64,000 nt of DNA from a virus. The notes beneath the pieces are model-generated. The model had not been told where the DNA came from, did not search any database, and worked only from the letters and a program-made list of their open reading frames with translations. How positions within the stretch are numbered: position 1 is the first letter of the stretch; each line of letters opens with the position of its first letter. The DNA lies in IMG/VR virus record IMGVR_UViG_3300006736_000004, positions 15,108-79,107 of that record; one strand, given 5' to 3'. A program made the translations under genes and the position numbers. Of the stretch, positions 55,496 through 64,000 are shown one piece after another.

Positions 55496-55772
55496 CACCA
55501 AATGTTTGGTGTTGCTGGACCCTATAGAAAAGAAGACCAAGAGTGGCCTGGAACTTCCAAATGAGTATTTGGAACGCCAGCAGATGGCTACTACCTACGC
55601 AACCTTTATAGAGGCCGGTGGGAATGCTTTTGAGGATTGGAGGGGGCTTAGACCCCAGCCGGGACAACGCATTGTCGTGGATAAGTATTGCGGTGTTTCC
55701 CTGAAGGCAGGTGAACTTGAAGACCTTTACCGCTTATGTCAGGACGATGAAGTTCTGGCAGTAATCCAGTAG
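55458..55772 (+). CDS. groES: Co-chaperonin GroES-like protein
   Basis: ILPVDTKCLV, EKKTKSGLELP mobile loop, PGQRIVVDKYCG, DDEVLAVI. Confidence 0.8.
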   Translation: MKVVNKTGILPVDTKCLVLLDPIEKKTKSGLELPNEYLERQQMATTYATFIEAGGNAFEDWRGLRPQPGQRIVVDKYCGVSLKAGELEDLYRLCQDDEVLAVIQ

Positions 55773-55781
55773 GAGGACGAT

Positions 55782-56561
55782 ATGGCTGAAGTAGCCAAAA
55801 AGGTAGAAGAAGAGACTCCAGAATTGACTAAAGCAGAGGAAGATGCCTCTAAGATGGGGTGGTCCCCACAAGATCAGTGGAAGGGCAACCCAGAGGCGTG
55901 GAAGGATGCTGAGACTTTCATCAAGGATGGTGAACGCATTCACACCAATCTAAAGGATAAAGTCGATGTCTTGAACCGCAAGCTGGATGCCCAGGCTCGA
56001 ACCATGCGGGAGTTTAGTAAGCATTCCCAAGATCAGCTAGAGCGTCAAAAGAAGAATCATTCCCGTGAAGTGACCGCTCTGAAGACAGAACAGAGACAAG
56101 CGGCTCAAATCGAGGATATGGATCGTTATGATGATTTAGAAATGAAGAGAGCGGAGTTAGAGGCAAATGCTCCAGCATCTTCAGCAAACACGGTCCCAGA
56201 TATTCCACCCGAAGTTATGGCGTGGAAGGATGGCAATCCTTGGTTTGACAAGGACATGGCTATGCAAGCCTATGCCATTGAGCGTCATTCTCAATTGAAT
56301 AACGAATATCCTGGCATGAGCTTGGCTGAAGTTCTTACAGAGACTTCAAGGGACGTAAGAGGGCGGTTTCCTGAAAAGTTTGGTCCCACTAAGAGGGGTG
56401 GTGCTGCCAAGGTCGAGGCTGGCGGGGATAATTCCCCGAAAAAAGGCGGTAAGACGTATTCCGATCTTCCCCGTGAAGCGAAGTCAGCGTGTGACCGCTT
56501 TGTGAAGGAAGGGCTTTTTAAATCTCGTGACGATTATCTTAACAAATATGAATGGGAGTAG
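55782..56561 (+). CDS. Scaffolding protein
   Basis: ASKMGWSP..WKG...DAETF, coiled coil, WKDGNPWF, RFPEKF. Confidence 0.75.
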   Translation: MAEVAKKVEEETPELTKAEEDASKMGWSPQDQWKGNPEAWKDAETFIKDGERIHTNLKDKVDVLNRKLDAQARTMREFSKHSQDQLERQKKNHSREVTALKTEQRQAAQIEDMDRYDDLEMKRAELEANAPASSANTVPDIPPEVMAWKDGNPWFDKDMAMQAYAIERHSQLNNEYPGMSLAEVLTETSRDVRGRFPEKFGPTKRGGAAKVEAGGDNSPKKGGKTYSDLPREAKSACDRFVKEGLFKSRDDYLNKYEWE

Positions 56562-56565
56562 GACT

Positions 56566-56988
56566 ATGATTGAGAAAAAAAGGCCGGGAAGACCAGCCAA
56601 AAAGGAGCGTATACCTCTTGGGGGTATGAAACTAAAGTTAGCTGCTCCTCAAAGGAAAGGATTTGAACGCCGCTGGTTCAATGACGCAGGTACGCGCATA
56701 CACGATGCTTTAGCTGCTGGGTATGAGTTCGTCCATGACGAAACCACTCAGGAGGACTTAGATAGGGACAAATCGCGTATCAAGAAAGTCGTAGGAACCC
56801 AAGAAAGCGGCCATCCGCTTCTCGCTTATCTGATGGAAACTAAGGAGTCTTACTACAAGGCCGACCAGAAGTTAAAAGCGGGAGCGATACAAGAAACGGA
56901 GAATGCCATGAAAGCTGGCATGACTCCCGGTCAAGACGGGCAAGACGGGCGGTATATCCCCTCACAGGGGATTTCAATCCGACGTTGA
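56566..56988 (+). CDS. Conserved head-region protein
   Basis: GFERRWFND, RI..ALAAGYEFV, AYLME; lies between scaffold and capsid genes. Confidence 0.6.
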   Translation: MIEKKRPGRPAKKERIPLGGMKLKLAAPQRKGFERRWFNDAGTRIHDALAAGYEFVHDETTQEDLDRDKSRIKKVVGTQESGHPLLAYLMETKESYYKADQKLKAGAIQETENAMKAGMTPGQDGQDGRYIPSQGISIRR

Positions 56989-57026
56989 TGCCCTATGTTT
57001 TAATAAAACCGTAGGAGGCCATACAA

Positions 57027-57671
57027 ATGGCTAACACAGATGCCCCGTCAGGCTTAGTTCCTGTCAGGCACAGAAACGGTGCGGCGTACAACGGGGCGAC
57101 GAATCCTTATTTCATCCCCTCTAGTTATGCCACAGCCCTTTTTGTAGGCGATCCTGTCATTAAGACGGGTACCGCCAATACGGCTAAAGTCGATGTTCCC
57201 GGTGCGGGTTCTTTCGGCATTGGTACTATGGCTGAGATTAACAAAGCCACCGCTGGGGATACCAACAGGATTACTGGCGTTATCGTCGGTTTTTCCGCTC
57301 TTCCCACTGGTCTTGAGAGTGTTCACAATCCGGCTAGTACGGAGCGTGTCGCCTTGGTCTGTGATGACCCAGACGTTATTTTCGAGATTCAGGCTGACAA
57401 CATTGACGCCGGTTTGGGCGCAGTGAGCATTGGTCTGAATGCTAATGTGATCTTTACTCATAGTGGTAGCACCACAACTGGGAAATCTGGCGGCGAAATG
57501 AATGCGCTGGCAGGTGGCGATCCCCCGGCTGCTGATGCGTCCAACCAACTAGTGATCATGCGTGCTGTTAATCGTGAAGATAATGACATCACTCTCGCTC
57601 ACGCGAAGTTTGAAGTTATGATCAATCAGCACACTGAGAATCAGGGTACCGTTGGTACGCTGGGCATATAG
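57027..57671 (+). CDS. Capsid decoration / cement protein
   Basis: MANTDAPSGLVPVR, LFVGDPV, DDPDVIFEIQ; directly upstream of the major capsid gene. Confidence 0.7.
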   Translation: MANTDAPSGLVPVRHRNGAAYNGATNPYFIPSSYATALFVGDPVIKTGTANTAKVDVPGAGSFGIGTMAEINKATAGDTNRITGVIVGFSALPTGLESVHNPASTERVALVCDDPDVIFEIQADNIDAGLGAVSIGLNANVIFTHSGSTTTGKSGGEMNALAGGDPPAADASNQLVIMRAVNREDNDITLAHAKFEVMINQHTENQGTVGTLGI

Positions 57672-57680
57672 GAGCATAGC

Positions 57681-58589
57681 ATGACTGTTATTACAACGGG
57701 TACACACCCGAAAGCTCTATGGCCCGGAATCCACGAATGGTGGGGCCTGAAGTATAATGAGCATCCTGAAGAGTGCAAAGACCTGTTTACGTCTGCCTCT
57801 TCGGATCAGGCTTACGAGGAAGATGTTGAAGCCACTGGCTTTGGCCTCGCTCCGGTTAAGTCTGAAGGCTCATCGACTCTCTATGATTCGGAGACTCAGG
57901 GTGTTACCAAGCGTTACACGCACGTTGCGTATGGCCTTGGTTACATTGTCACCTACGAGGAAATGCGGGATAATCTCTATGAGAGACTCTCGCGTAGACG
58001 CGCAGGTGCCTTGGCTTTCTCCTTCCGTCAGACCAAAGAGAATGTTGGCGCGAATGTGTATAACCGCGCTTTCGATTCCGATTACACTGGTGGTGACGGC
58101 AAGGAAATGATTGCCACTGACCATCCGACTCTTGGCGGTGATTCCTCCAACCGTCTGACGGTGAATGCTGACCTGTCGGAGTCTTCGATTGAAGACCTGA
58201 TGATTCAGATTATGCAAGCGAAAAACAACCGGGGGCTGAAGATTGCTTTGGTTCCGCAGAGCTTGCACGTTCATCCCAGTGATTGGTTTGAGGCTAATCG
58301 CATCCTGAAGTCAGTTCTTCAGAACGATACGGCGAACAACGCTATTAACGTGCTGAAGGCTACCAATGCGCTTCCCAAGGGCATTAAGGTGAACCACTAC
58401 TTCACCGATAGTGACGCTTGGTTCATTCGGACGAATTGCCCGAATGGTGCCATGTTGTTCCAGCGGGAAGCTATTTCGTTTGAGCAAGACAACGACTTCG
58501 ACACCAAGAACGCCAAAGCTGCCAGCTACGAGCGGTATTCCGTGGGCTGGACAGATTGGAGAGATGTCTGGGGCAGCGCCGGAGCATAA
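57681..58589 (+). CDS. Major capsid protein (Mu gpT-like, HK97 fold)
   Basis: KALWPGI, GFGLAPVKSEG, NHYFTDSDAWFI, DFDTKN, ERYSVGWTDWR. Confidence 0.9.
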   Translation: MTVITTGTHPKALWPGIHEWWGLKYNEHPEECKDLFTSASSDQAYEEDVEATGFGLAPVKSEGSSTLYDSETQGVTKRYTHVAYGLGYIVTYEEMRDNLYERLSRRRAGALAFSFRQTKENVGANVYNRAFDSDYTGGDGKEMIATDHPTLGGDSSNRLTVNADLSESSIEDLMIQIMQAKNNRGLKIALVPQSLHVHPSDWFEANRILKSVLQNDTANNAINVLKATNALPKGIKVNHYFTDSDAWFIRTNCPNGAMLFQREAISFEQDNDFDTKNAKAASYERYSVGWTDWRDVWGSAGA

Positions 58590-58633
58590 AATGCTTTAAA
58601 ATCAATGGCTTAGAGGTTCTTGCCTTTTAGCTA

Positions 58634-58691
58634 TTGACGTTGTCCAAGTGACGGTATATACTCCCTCTTATGTAAAACCATAGGAGGGAGT
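58634..58691 (+). promoter_or_regulatory. Promoter plus RBS-sequestering hairpin for the endonuclease gene
   Basis: TTGACG-N17-TATACT; hairpin ACTCCCTCTTATG-taaaac-CATAGGAGGGAGT covers the RBS. Confidence 0.7.
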
Positions 58692-58692
58692 T

Positions 58693-59490
58693 ATGCCCTG
58701 CACTTGTTGTAAGCGTGAGATCAAGATTGTTTCAAAGGGATTGTGCGGAGCCTGTTACCAGAGATGGCGCAAGACCGGGACTACAGATTACCAGCGTTGG
58801 GGTAAACGTACCCAATGCAGCGTTAAGGATTGTGATAAGGATGTAGTTTCTCACGGCTTGTGCGATATGCACAGGAAGCGTTTGGAGAGACACAATCATA
58901 CTGAACAGACCAGACCAGATTCATGGGGAGCAAAACACAAGCATCCCCTGCGTCATTCATGGAAACATCTCCTGCGGTACAGAGGGATAGAGGATGTTTG
59001 CTCTGAGTGGCGAAATGATTTCTTGCGGTTCGTTATGGATGTTGGTGACAGGCCATCCCCGAAGCACAAATTGTTTAAGGCTGATGAGGTTAAGCCATTC
59101 GGTCCCGATAACTTTGTGTGGAAGCGATCCTTTACTGAAAAGGTAGATGGCGAAGACGAACAAACCTATAGGAACCGTTATTCCCGTGCCTTTCGGGCCG
59201 TCAATCAAGAAGCCTGTGCTGGCTACGAACTAAAGAAGAATTTCGGCCTTTCCCGTGACGAATACGACCTTATGCTCCGTAGACAGAATGGTGTATGCGC
59301 CATCTGCGGCAATGAGGAAACTACGGTGATACGAGGCAAGGTAATCAATCTTGCTGTAGACCATTGCCATGATACGGGTAAGGTAAGGGGATTATTGTGC
59401 CGTGAATGCAACCAAGGAATTGGCTGCTTAGATCACGATAAAGACCGTTTAAAGCGGGCGGTCAATTACTTAGAAACCGCTTCAATCTGA
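58693..59490 (+). CDS. Free-standing homing endonuclease (endonuclease VII-type His-Me finger)
   Basis: QNGVCAICG, LAVDHCHDTGKVRGLLCRECNQGIG; N-terminal Cys/His zinc modules. Confidence 0.85.
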   Translation: MPCTCCKREIKIVSKGLCGACYQRWRKTGTTDYQRWGKRTQCSVKDCDKDVVSHGLCDMHRKRLERHNHTEQTRPDSWGAKHKHPLRHSWKHLLRYRGIEDVCSEWRNDFLRFVMDVGDRPSPKHKLFKADEVKPFGPDNFVWKRSFTEKVDGEDEQTYRNRYSRAFRAVNQEACAGYELKKNFGLSRDEYDLMLRRQNGVCAICGNEETTVIRGKVINLAVDHCHDTGKVRGLLCRECNQGIGCLDHDKDRLKRAVNYLETASI

Positions 59491-59542
59491 ACTATTGGAT
59501 TTGGCGATAGCCACCCCAATGGGTCAATAGAAGGAAATTCAA

Positions 59543-60457
59543 ATGCCTATTTCAAACTTTCCAAAGGGATTCTCTAGCGGTCTTAATGTCCGTGGTTTCC
59601 CCATTCTGAACACCTACGGCGGTGACGTATTCTGGGTTGATTCCGGTAAGGGATCTAACGGCAACAAGGGTACGTTTGATCGTCCTTGGGCTACCATCGA
59701 CTACGCCATAGGCCGCTGCACGGCTTCTAACAGTGATATGATCATGGTTAAGCCGGGTCATACTGAGACTCTGACTGCTGACATTACGATGGATGTTATT
59801 GGCGTTCAGGTCATTGGTCTTGGCCGTGGCACTCTTCGCCCCACCATCACGGTTGGTGCGGTTGATGGTACTGTTGCCATGACGGCTGCTAATTCGGTTA
59901 TGGCGAATATCCGGTTTGTGCTTGAAGATACGGATGACACTGTTACCAGTGCGATCACGATCACTGCTGACGGCTGTATTGTCGATGGCTGTGAGACTGT
60001 GGTTCATGCTACGGCGCAGTTCACTACGCATCTGACGGCGACTGACGCTCAGTTTGTTGAAATCGTCAACAACAAGTTCCGTTCACTCCACACTGCTAGT
60101 TCCACTTCTGGTATCGTGGTTGATGGCTGTGATGACCTGTTAATCGACAACAACACGGTTGACGGTCACTTTACAGAACACGCCTTGGATAACACCACTC
60201 CAGGTTCTGTGGATGAAATCCTTCGGGCGACTATCACCAATAACTTGTTTATGAACCGTTCTACTACGGGGGGTGATACTTGCGTGGACTTGGATGCTGC
60301 TGCTACTGGGTTCTTTGCCTACAACCAACTCGTTGGCGGTCTTGCGACTACCGCTGCCAACTATGAGATTGGCGACATGGCAAGTCTGGAAAGTTATATT
60401 TCCGATTCCATTGGTGTTGACGTTGCCAGCATTATTGTTGGGACTGCTGCTGTTTAG
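59543..60457 (+). CDS. Virion protein with a right-handed beta-helix
   Basis: VFWVDS, GTFDRPWATIDYAI, VKPGHTE, repeated I.NN.F beta-helix turns. Confidence 0.7.
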   Translation: MPISNFPKGFSSGLNVRGFPILNTYGGDVFWVDSGKGSNGNKGTFDRPWATIDYAIGRCTASNSDMIMVKPGHTETLTADITMDVIGVQVIGLGRGTLRPTITVGAVDGTVAMTAANSVMANIRFVLEDTDDTVTSAITITADGCIVDGCETVVHATAQFTTHLTATDAQFVEIVNNKFRSLHTASSTSGIVVDGCDDLLIDNNTVDGHFTEHALDNTTPGSVDEILRATITNNLFMNRSTTGGDTCVDLDAAATGFFAYNQLVGGLATTAANYEIGDMASLESYISDSIGVDVASIIVGTAAV

Positions 60458-60462
60458 TCATT

Positions 60463-60493
60463 GGGAGGGGGTTTCGGCCCCCTCTCTTCTTTT
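60463..60493 (+). terminator. Rho-independent terminator
   Basis: GGGAGGGGGT-TTCG-GCCCCCTCTC-TTCTTTT. Confidence 0.65.
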
Positions 60494-60504
60494 AGGAGTT
60501 TCCA

Positions 60505-61125
60505 ATGCCAAGACCTAAAGAACTAGACGTTGACCCGGCAGCAGTTGATCCTGATGGGTTCGCTGATGGTGTAACGGGTACTGCGTTAACACTCATAGCC
60601 AATGATTCCGGCGACGGGCTTGCTCACCAAGTGTCCATTCTTGACATTGATGGGAACGGTCATGCTGGTAAAACCGTAACGCTTGTCGGTACTGACCCCA
60701 ACGGGGATGCTTTGACTGAAGTGGTAACTGGGCCGGGGGCATCTGCTGCTGTTGAGTCTGCCGGATATTTTCTCACTCTTGATAGTGCCACCTTCTCTAC
60801 CACTCCTGCCCCTGATGTATTTGATTTGGGTTGGGTTGATGAGGTTGCCACTCAGGCGGTTCCTCTTGATCATTACGCATCTACGGCGGCTACTGTATCA
60901 GTGGACGTTACGGGTACGATTAACTACACGGTTCAGGAGACATTTGACCTGTTTCAAGCCCCAAACAGCAATGCAATCTCGTGGGTGGCCGTTACGGCAT
61001 TATCTGCAAAGACTGCTGACCTCACTTCGGCCATCAGCAAGAACGCTACTGCTGTTCGCTTGATTGTCAATTCTTACTCCGCTACGGCAGAAATCCAAAT
61101 GACTGTCTTGCAGAGCCGCGACTAA
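60505..61125 (+). CDS. Virion structural protein
   Basis: Ala/Thr/Val-rich beta-type protein; VTGTINYTVQET. Confidence 0.6.
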   Translation: MPRPKELDVDPAAVDPDGFADGVTGTALTLIANDSGDGLAHQVSILDIDGNGHAGKTVTLVGTDPNGDALTEVVTGPGASAAVESAGYFLTLDSATFSTTPAPDVFDLGWVDEVATQAVPLDHYASTAATVSVDVTGTINYTVQETFDLFQAPNSNAISWVAVTALSAKTADLTSAISKNATAVRLIVNSYSATAEIQMTVLQSRD

Positions 61126-61463
61126 TGCCTAAAGGCTATTATGACCCCGGTGACTACAATATCATATGTGACAGAACCGGGCATAAGATCAAGCGTTCTC
61201 AGGCCCGTAAAGAGTGGAATGGTCTTCTTGTAAGGAAGGAGTCTTGGGAGCCTAGACATCCTCAAGACAAGACCAAGGGGCGTCCTGACAGGCAGTCTGT
61301 GCCTGATCCTCGCCCTCCACAGACACAACGGTTCTTGGGGGCCACTGAGGTCACAGCGAGTGATCTAACTGGTTCGGGTACTGTAGACAACACTGATTCT
61401 CTAAATTCTATCTGGGATGATGGACATTCTGTGTGGGATTTTGGCGCATCTTATTGGGATTAG
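61125..61463 (+). CDS. Conserved podovirus structural-region protein
   Basis: ICDRTGHK, KEWNGLLV, WEPRHPQ, PDPRP. Confidence 0.65.
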   Translation: MPKGYYDPGDYNIICDRTGHKIKRSQARKEWNGLLVRKESWEPRHPQDKTKGRPDRQSVPDPRPPQTQRFLGATEVTASDLTGSGTVDNTDSLNSIWDDGHSVWDFGASYWD

Positions 61464-61466
61464 ATA

Positions 61467-63218
61467 ATGGCATCTAGCATTGACGCAACAAAACCAGTAG
61501 CAACCATACCCACAACGTCTTCAGTTCGTGCTAACTTTGCCGCCGCTGCATCAGAGATTGAGGCTTTGCAGGATGGTACGACTACCATAACAGACAGTAT
61601 TACGGCGGGGACCACTCAGACACAAGCGGGTGCTACTGCGTTAACCACGAGTACCAACAGGGTAACTGTATCGGCTGTTAATGGGGACGGGGTAAAACTG
61701 CCCACTGCTGCTGAAGGTCTTGAAATACTCATTATCAATGATGATTCCGCTCAGACTATCCAGATTTGGCCTAATACGGATGATACGATTGATGGTGGGG
61801 CTGCTGACGCTGTAGACAGTAATACCCTAGTTGCTGGTTCTTCTAGAAGGTATGTGGCGGCTGATTCCACAAATTGGTATACGTCAATATCCGGTGGTGG
61901 CGATGTAAATGGTCCAAGTTCGTCTACTGATAACGCTATTCCTAGATTTGATTCCACAACGGGTAAGTTAATCCAAGGCAGCACTGTTCTTATTGATGAC
62001 AGCGACAATATCACCGCTGTAGCCTCTCTGACGATGGCCGGAACCTTGGGTGTTACCGGCGATATTACTGTAGACAATCTGCAATTAAACGGCAACTCCA
62101 TTACTTCAACGGATGCTGCTGGTGACATAAATTTAACCCCTCACACCACTGGTGACTTGGTTCTTGATGGGATGAAGTGGCCTCAAGCGGATGGCTCCAA
62201 TACAAATGTTCTCCAGACCAATGGTTCTGGTCAATTGTCTTGGGTTGCTGCTGGTTCGGGGGATATGACAGCGGCCAACAATCTATCCGACGTAGCGTCC
62301 GCTGCGACATCTTTCGGCAACATCAAACAGGCTGCGACCACGACAGCCACAGGTGTTGTCGAACTGGCGACGGGCGCGGAGACTAATACTGGGACCGACA
62401 CAGCGAGAGCGGTTACACCAGATGGCCTGGACGATTGGACTGGTAGCACACAAATTGCTACGGTCGGAACTATCGGTACAGGCGTTTGGCAAGGCACCGA
62501 CGTTGGCGTTGCCTACGGCGGCACTGGAGCATCCACTCTCACTGACGGCGGGATTTTGCTAGGCTCTGGTACTGATCCAATTACCGCGATGGGTGTTTTG
62601 GCCGACGGGTCAATCGTCGTTGGCGACGGCTCTACTGATCCGGTTGCGCTTGCAGCATTCTCGTCCTCGACAGGTAACCTCGTCGCCGCAAAAGGTGGCA
62701 CCATCGGGCAGCAAACTATCTGGTGGCCAGCGGGAGCCATGGAACCTGCCGTGACGACTGCCCCCGCCACATCGAATGTCGTCGAAATTGGCACTTCGCT
62801 CTTCGCGGCGCGAACGATGGACTTTGCAACTGATGCTGATGACTATGCCTATTTCGGCCTTCAGATGCCCAAAAGTTGGGATGCTGGTACGTTGGTTTGT
62901 CAATTTGTTTGGTCAGCTACGGGGACCACTGCTAATACTGTTCTTTGGGCGATCGCAGCCACATCATTGGGGGACGATGAAGTTCTCACCACTGCTTTTC
63001 CGTCGCCCGTATCTCCCGCAGCAGATACCAACAGTACAACGGCTGACGATATAATGATATCGGCTGAAGTAAGTGTCACTGTTGGCAGTACTCCCACAGC
63101 GGAAGACTATGTCATGTTTGAAGTCAGTCGAGATGTAAGTGGTGACACACTTGCCGAGGATGCACGGCTTCACGGCATTCGGATACATTATACAATAGAT
63201 ACAGGGACTGACACATAA
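61467..63218 (+). CDS. Tail fibre protein
   Basis: SVRANFAAAASEIEALQ anchor, STDNAIPRFD, ANNLSDV, GVVELAT, MPKSWDAGT C-terminal domain. Confidence 0.8.
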   Translation: MASSIDATKPVATIPTTSSVRANFAAAASEIEALQDGTTTITDSITAGTTQTQAGATALTTSTNRVTVSAVNGDGVKLPTAAEGLEILIINDDSAQTIQIWPNTDDTIDGGAADAVDSNTLVAGSSRRYVAADSTNWYTSISGGGDVNGPSSSTDNAIPRFDSTTGKLIQGSTVLIDDSDNITAVASLTMAGTLGVTGDITVDNLQLNGNSITSTDAAGDINLTPHTTGDLVLDGMKWPQADGSNTNVLQTNGSGQLSWVAAGSGDMTAANNLSDVASAATSFGNIKQAATTTATGVVELATGAETNTGTDTARAVTPDGLDDWTGSTQIATVGTIGTGVWQGTDVGVAYGGTGASTLTDGGILLGSGTDPITAMGVLADGSIVVGDGSTDPVALAAFSSSTGNLVAAKGGTIGQQTIWWPAGAMEPAVTTAPATSNVVEIGTSLFAARTMDFATDADDYAYFGLQMPKSWDAGTLVCQFVWSATGTTANTVLWAIAATSLGDDEVLTTAFPSPVSPAADTNSTTADDIMISAEVSVTVGSTPTAEDYVMFEVSRDVSGDTLAEDARLHGIRIHYTIDTGTDT

Positions 63219-63610
63219 TGGCTAGATACGCACTGATAGAAGCTGGTGTCATCAAACGAGAAGTCGAGAGTGATAAAGAGTTTCGCTCAGGAACGCCACC
63301 TTCTCTTCCAGACAAGGCGATCGACTGGGTGCCGGTAATTCTTGTCAACAATGACGTTGACTACGATAGCGCAACACAAATCCAAGAGGGGCCAGTTGAA
63401 GTCATCACAGACACTGAAGTAACGCGGACGTGGACAGTGCGAGAAAAAACGCAAACGGAACTGGATGAGCGGCTTGCTGTTCCTTCCGATTTCGCTGTGC
63501 TGGTGAATGCTCTGGCCAACAAAGCTGTCCTTGACTCTGCCGACCTTCCACAAGACCTAGTTGATCGAGTTAACTCCCGCAATCGCCTCGACAGCGATCC
63601 AGAGATTTAA
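63218..63610 (+). CDS. Tail fibre assembly / accessory protein
   Basis: Follows the fibre gene; YDSATQ, RTWTVREKT. Confidence 0.6.
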   Translation: MARYALIEAGVIKREVESDKEFRSGTPPSLPDKAIDWVPVILVNNDVDYDSATQIQEGPVEVITDTEVTRTWTVREKTQTELDERLAVPSDFAVLVNALANKAVLDSADLPQDLVDRVNSRNRLDSDPEI

Positions 63611-63611
63611 G

Positions 63612-64000
63612 ATGCTAAGATCAACAGCGTTATCAGGATTTGGCGCGGGAGTGGCAGAAGTATCTTGCGACACTACGTCTAGTTCTTCCGGGGAGTGGAA
63701 CGGAGCAACTGGTTCTTTTACGTTTAGCGGTGATGGCGTTGACTGCAACGCAGGTGATAAAGCTATCAGAACAAACGACACATTTACTGGTGATTTCACA
63801 CTTACTTATACTCAAACCACCGGACAATATCTGATTATTGGCGTTTATGACATTGCCGAAGATGGAACATTTGTCTCGACTGGACAAGGACACGGGGGCA
63901 TGGGCTCCATGACTAAATCTTGGTATTGGGAATACAACGCCAACGGTCAAACGGTCTATGGGGGAGAGAATCAAAGTGCGGAAACTATAGCTGATGGTTC
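63612..64000 (+). CDS. Fibre-associated beta-sandwich protein (truncated by the window end); paralogue of 17687..18301
   Basis: MLRSTALSGFGAGVAEVS-CDTTSSSSGEW..., open to the window end. Confidence 0.75.
   Translation, partial: MLRSTALSGFGAGVAEVSCDTTSSSSGEWNGATGSFTFSGDGVDCNAGDKAIRTNDTFTGDFTLTYTQTTGQYLIIGVYDIAEDGTFVSTGQGHGGMGSMTKSWYWEYNANGQTVYGGENQSAETIADG
63666..64000 (+). repeat. Direct repeat copy 2 (partner 17801..18135)
   Basis: Same alignment as copy 1. Confidence 0.97.

Larger units (their letters stand above)
18056..63920. mobile_element. Apparently complete P22-like podovirus genome unit (45,865 bp, circularly permuted)
   Basis: Full set of terminase, portal, scaffold, capsid, tail, ejection, lysis and replication genes bounded by the direct repeat. 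Gene order continues sensibly across the repeat. Confidence 0.8.

Overview
The window is entirely bacteriophage DNA and appears to be two different phage genomes joined together. (1) 1 to ~18,055 is a visibly GC-richer siphovirus-like late region. It has a sugar-modification cluster (GT9-like and KpsS/KpsC-like glycosyltransferases, sulfotransferase, 2OG-Fe(II) oxygenase, two methyltransferases, KdsD-like isomerase), then head-completion, tail tube, frameshifted tail chaperone, tape measure, tail tip and fibre genes. (2) ~18,056 to 64,000 is an apparently complete, circularly permuted P22-like podovirus of 45,865 bp, bounded by a 335-bp diverged direct repeat inside a shared fibre-accessory gene. 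It carries tail, ejection, lysis, recombination, replication, early, terminase, portal and capsid genes. An alphaproteobacterial host is likely (GcrA-like gene, GTTC-N7-GTTC LexA boxes). The main highlight is a compact TIGR-Tas RNA-guided system at 31,733-32,691 (-): a nuclease-less Nop-domain TasA-like gene followed directly by a 36-nt-periodic dual-repeat guide array. Other highlights are five back-to-back long-range inverted-repeat stems that each loop out one early cistron (46,606-48,578), a dense LexA-box array next to the terminase genes (50,017-50,252), and the candidate glycosylation cluster. All calls come from reading motifs by eye; no database search was run.
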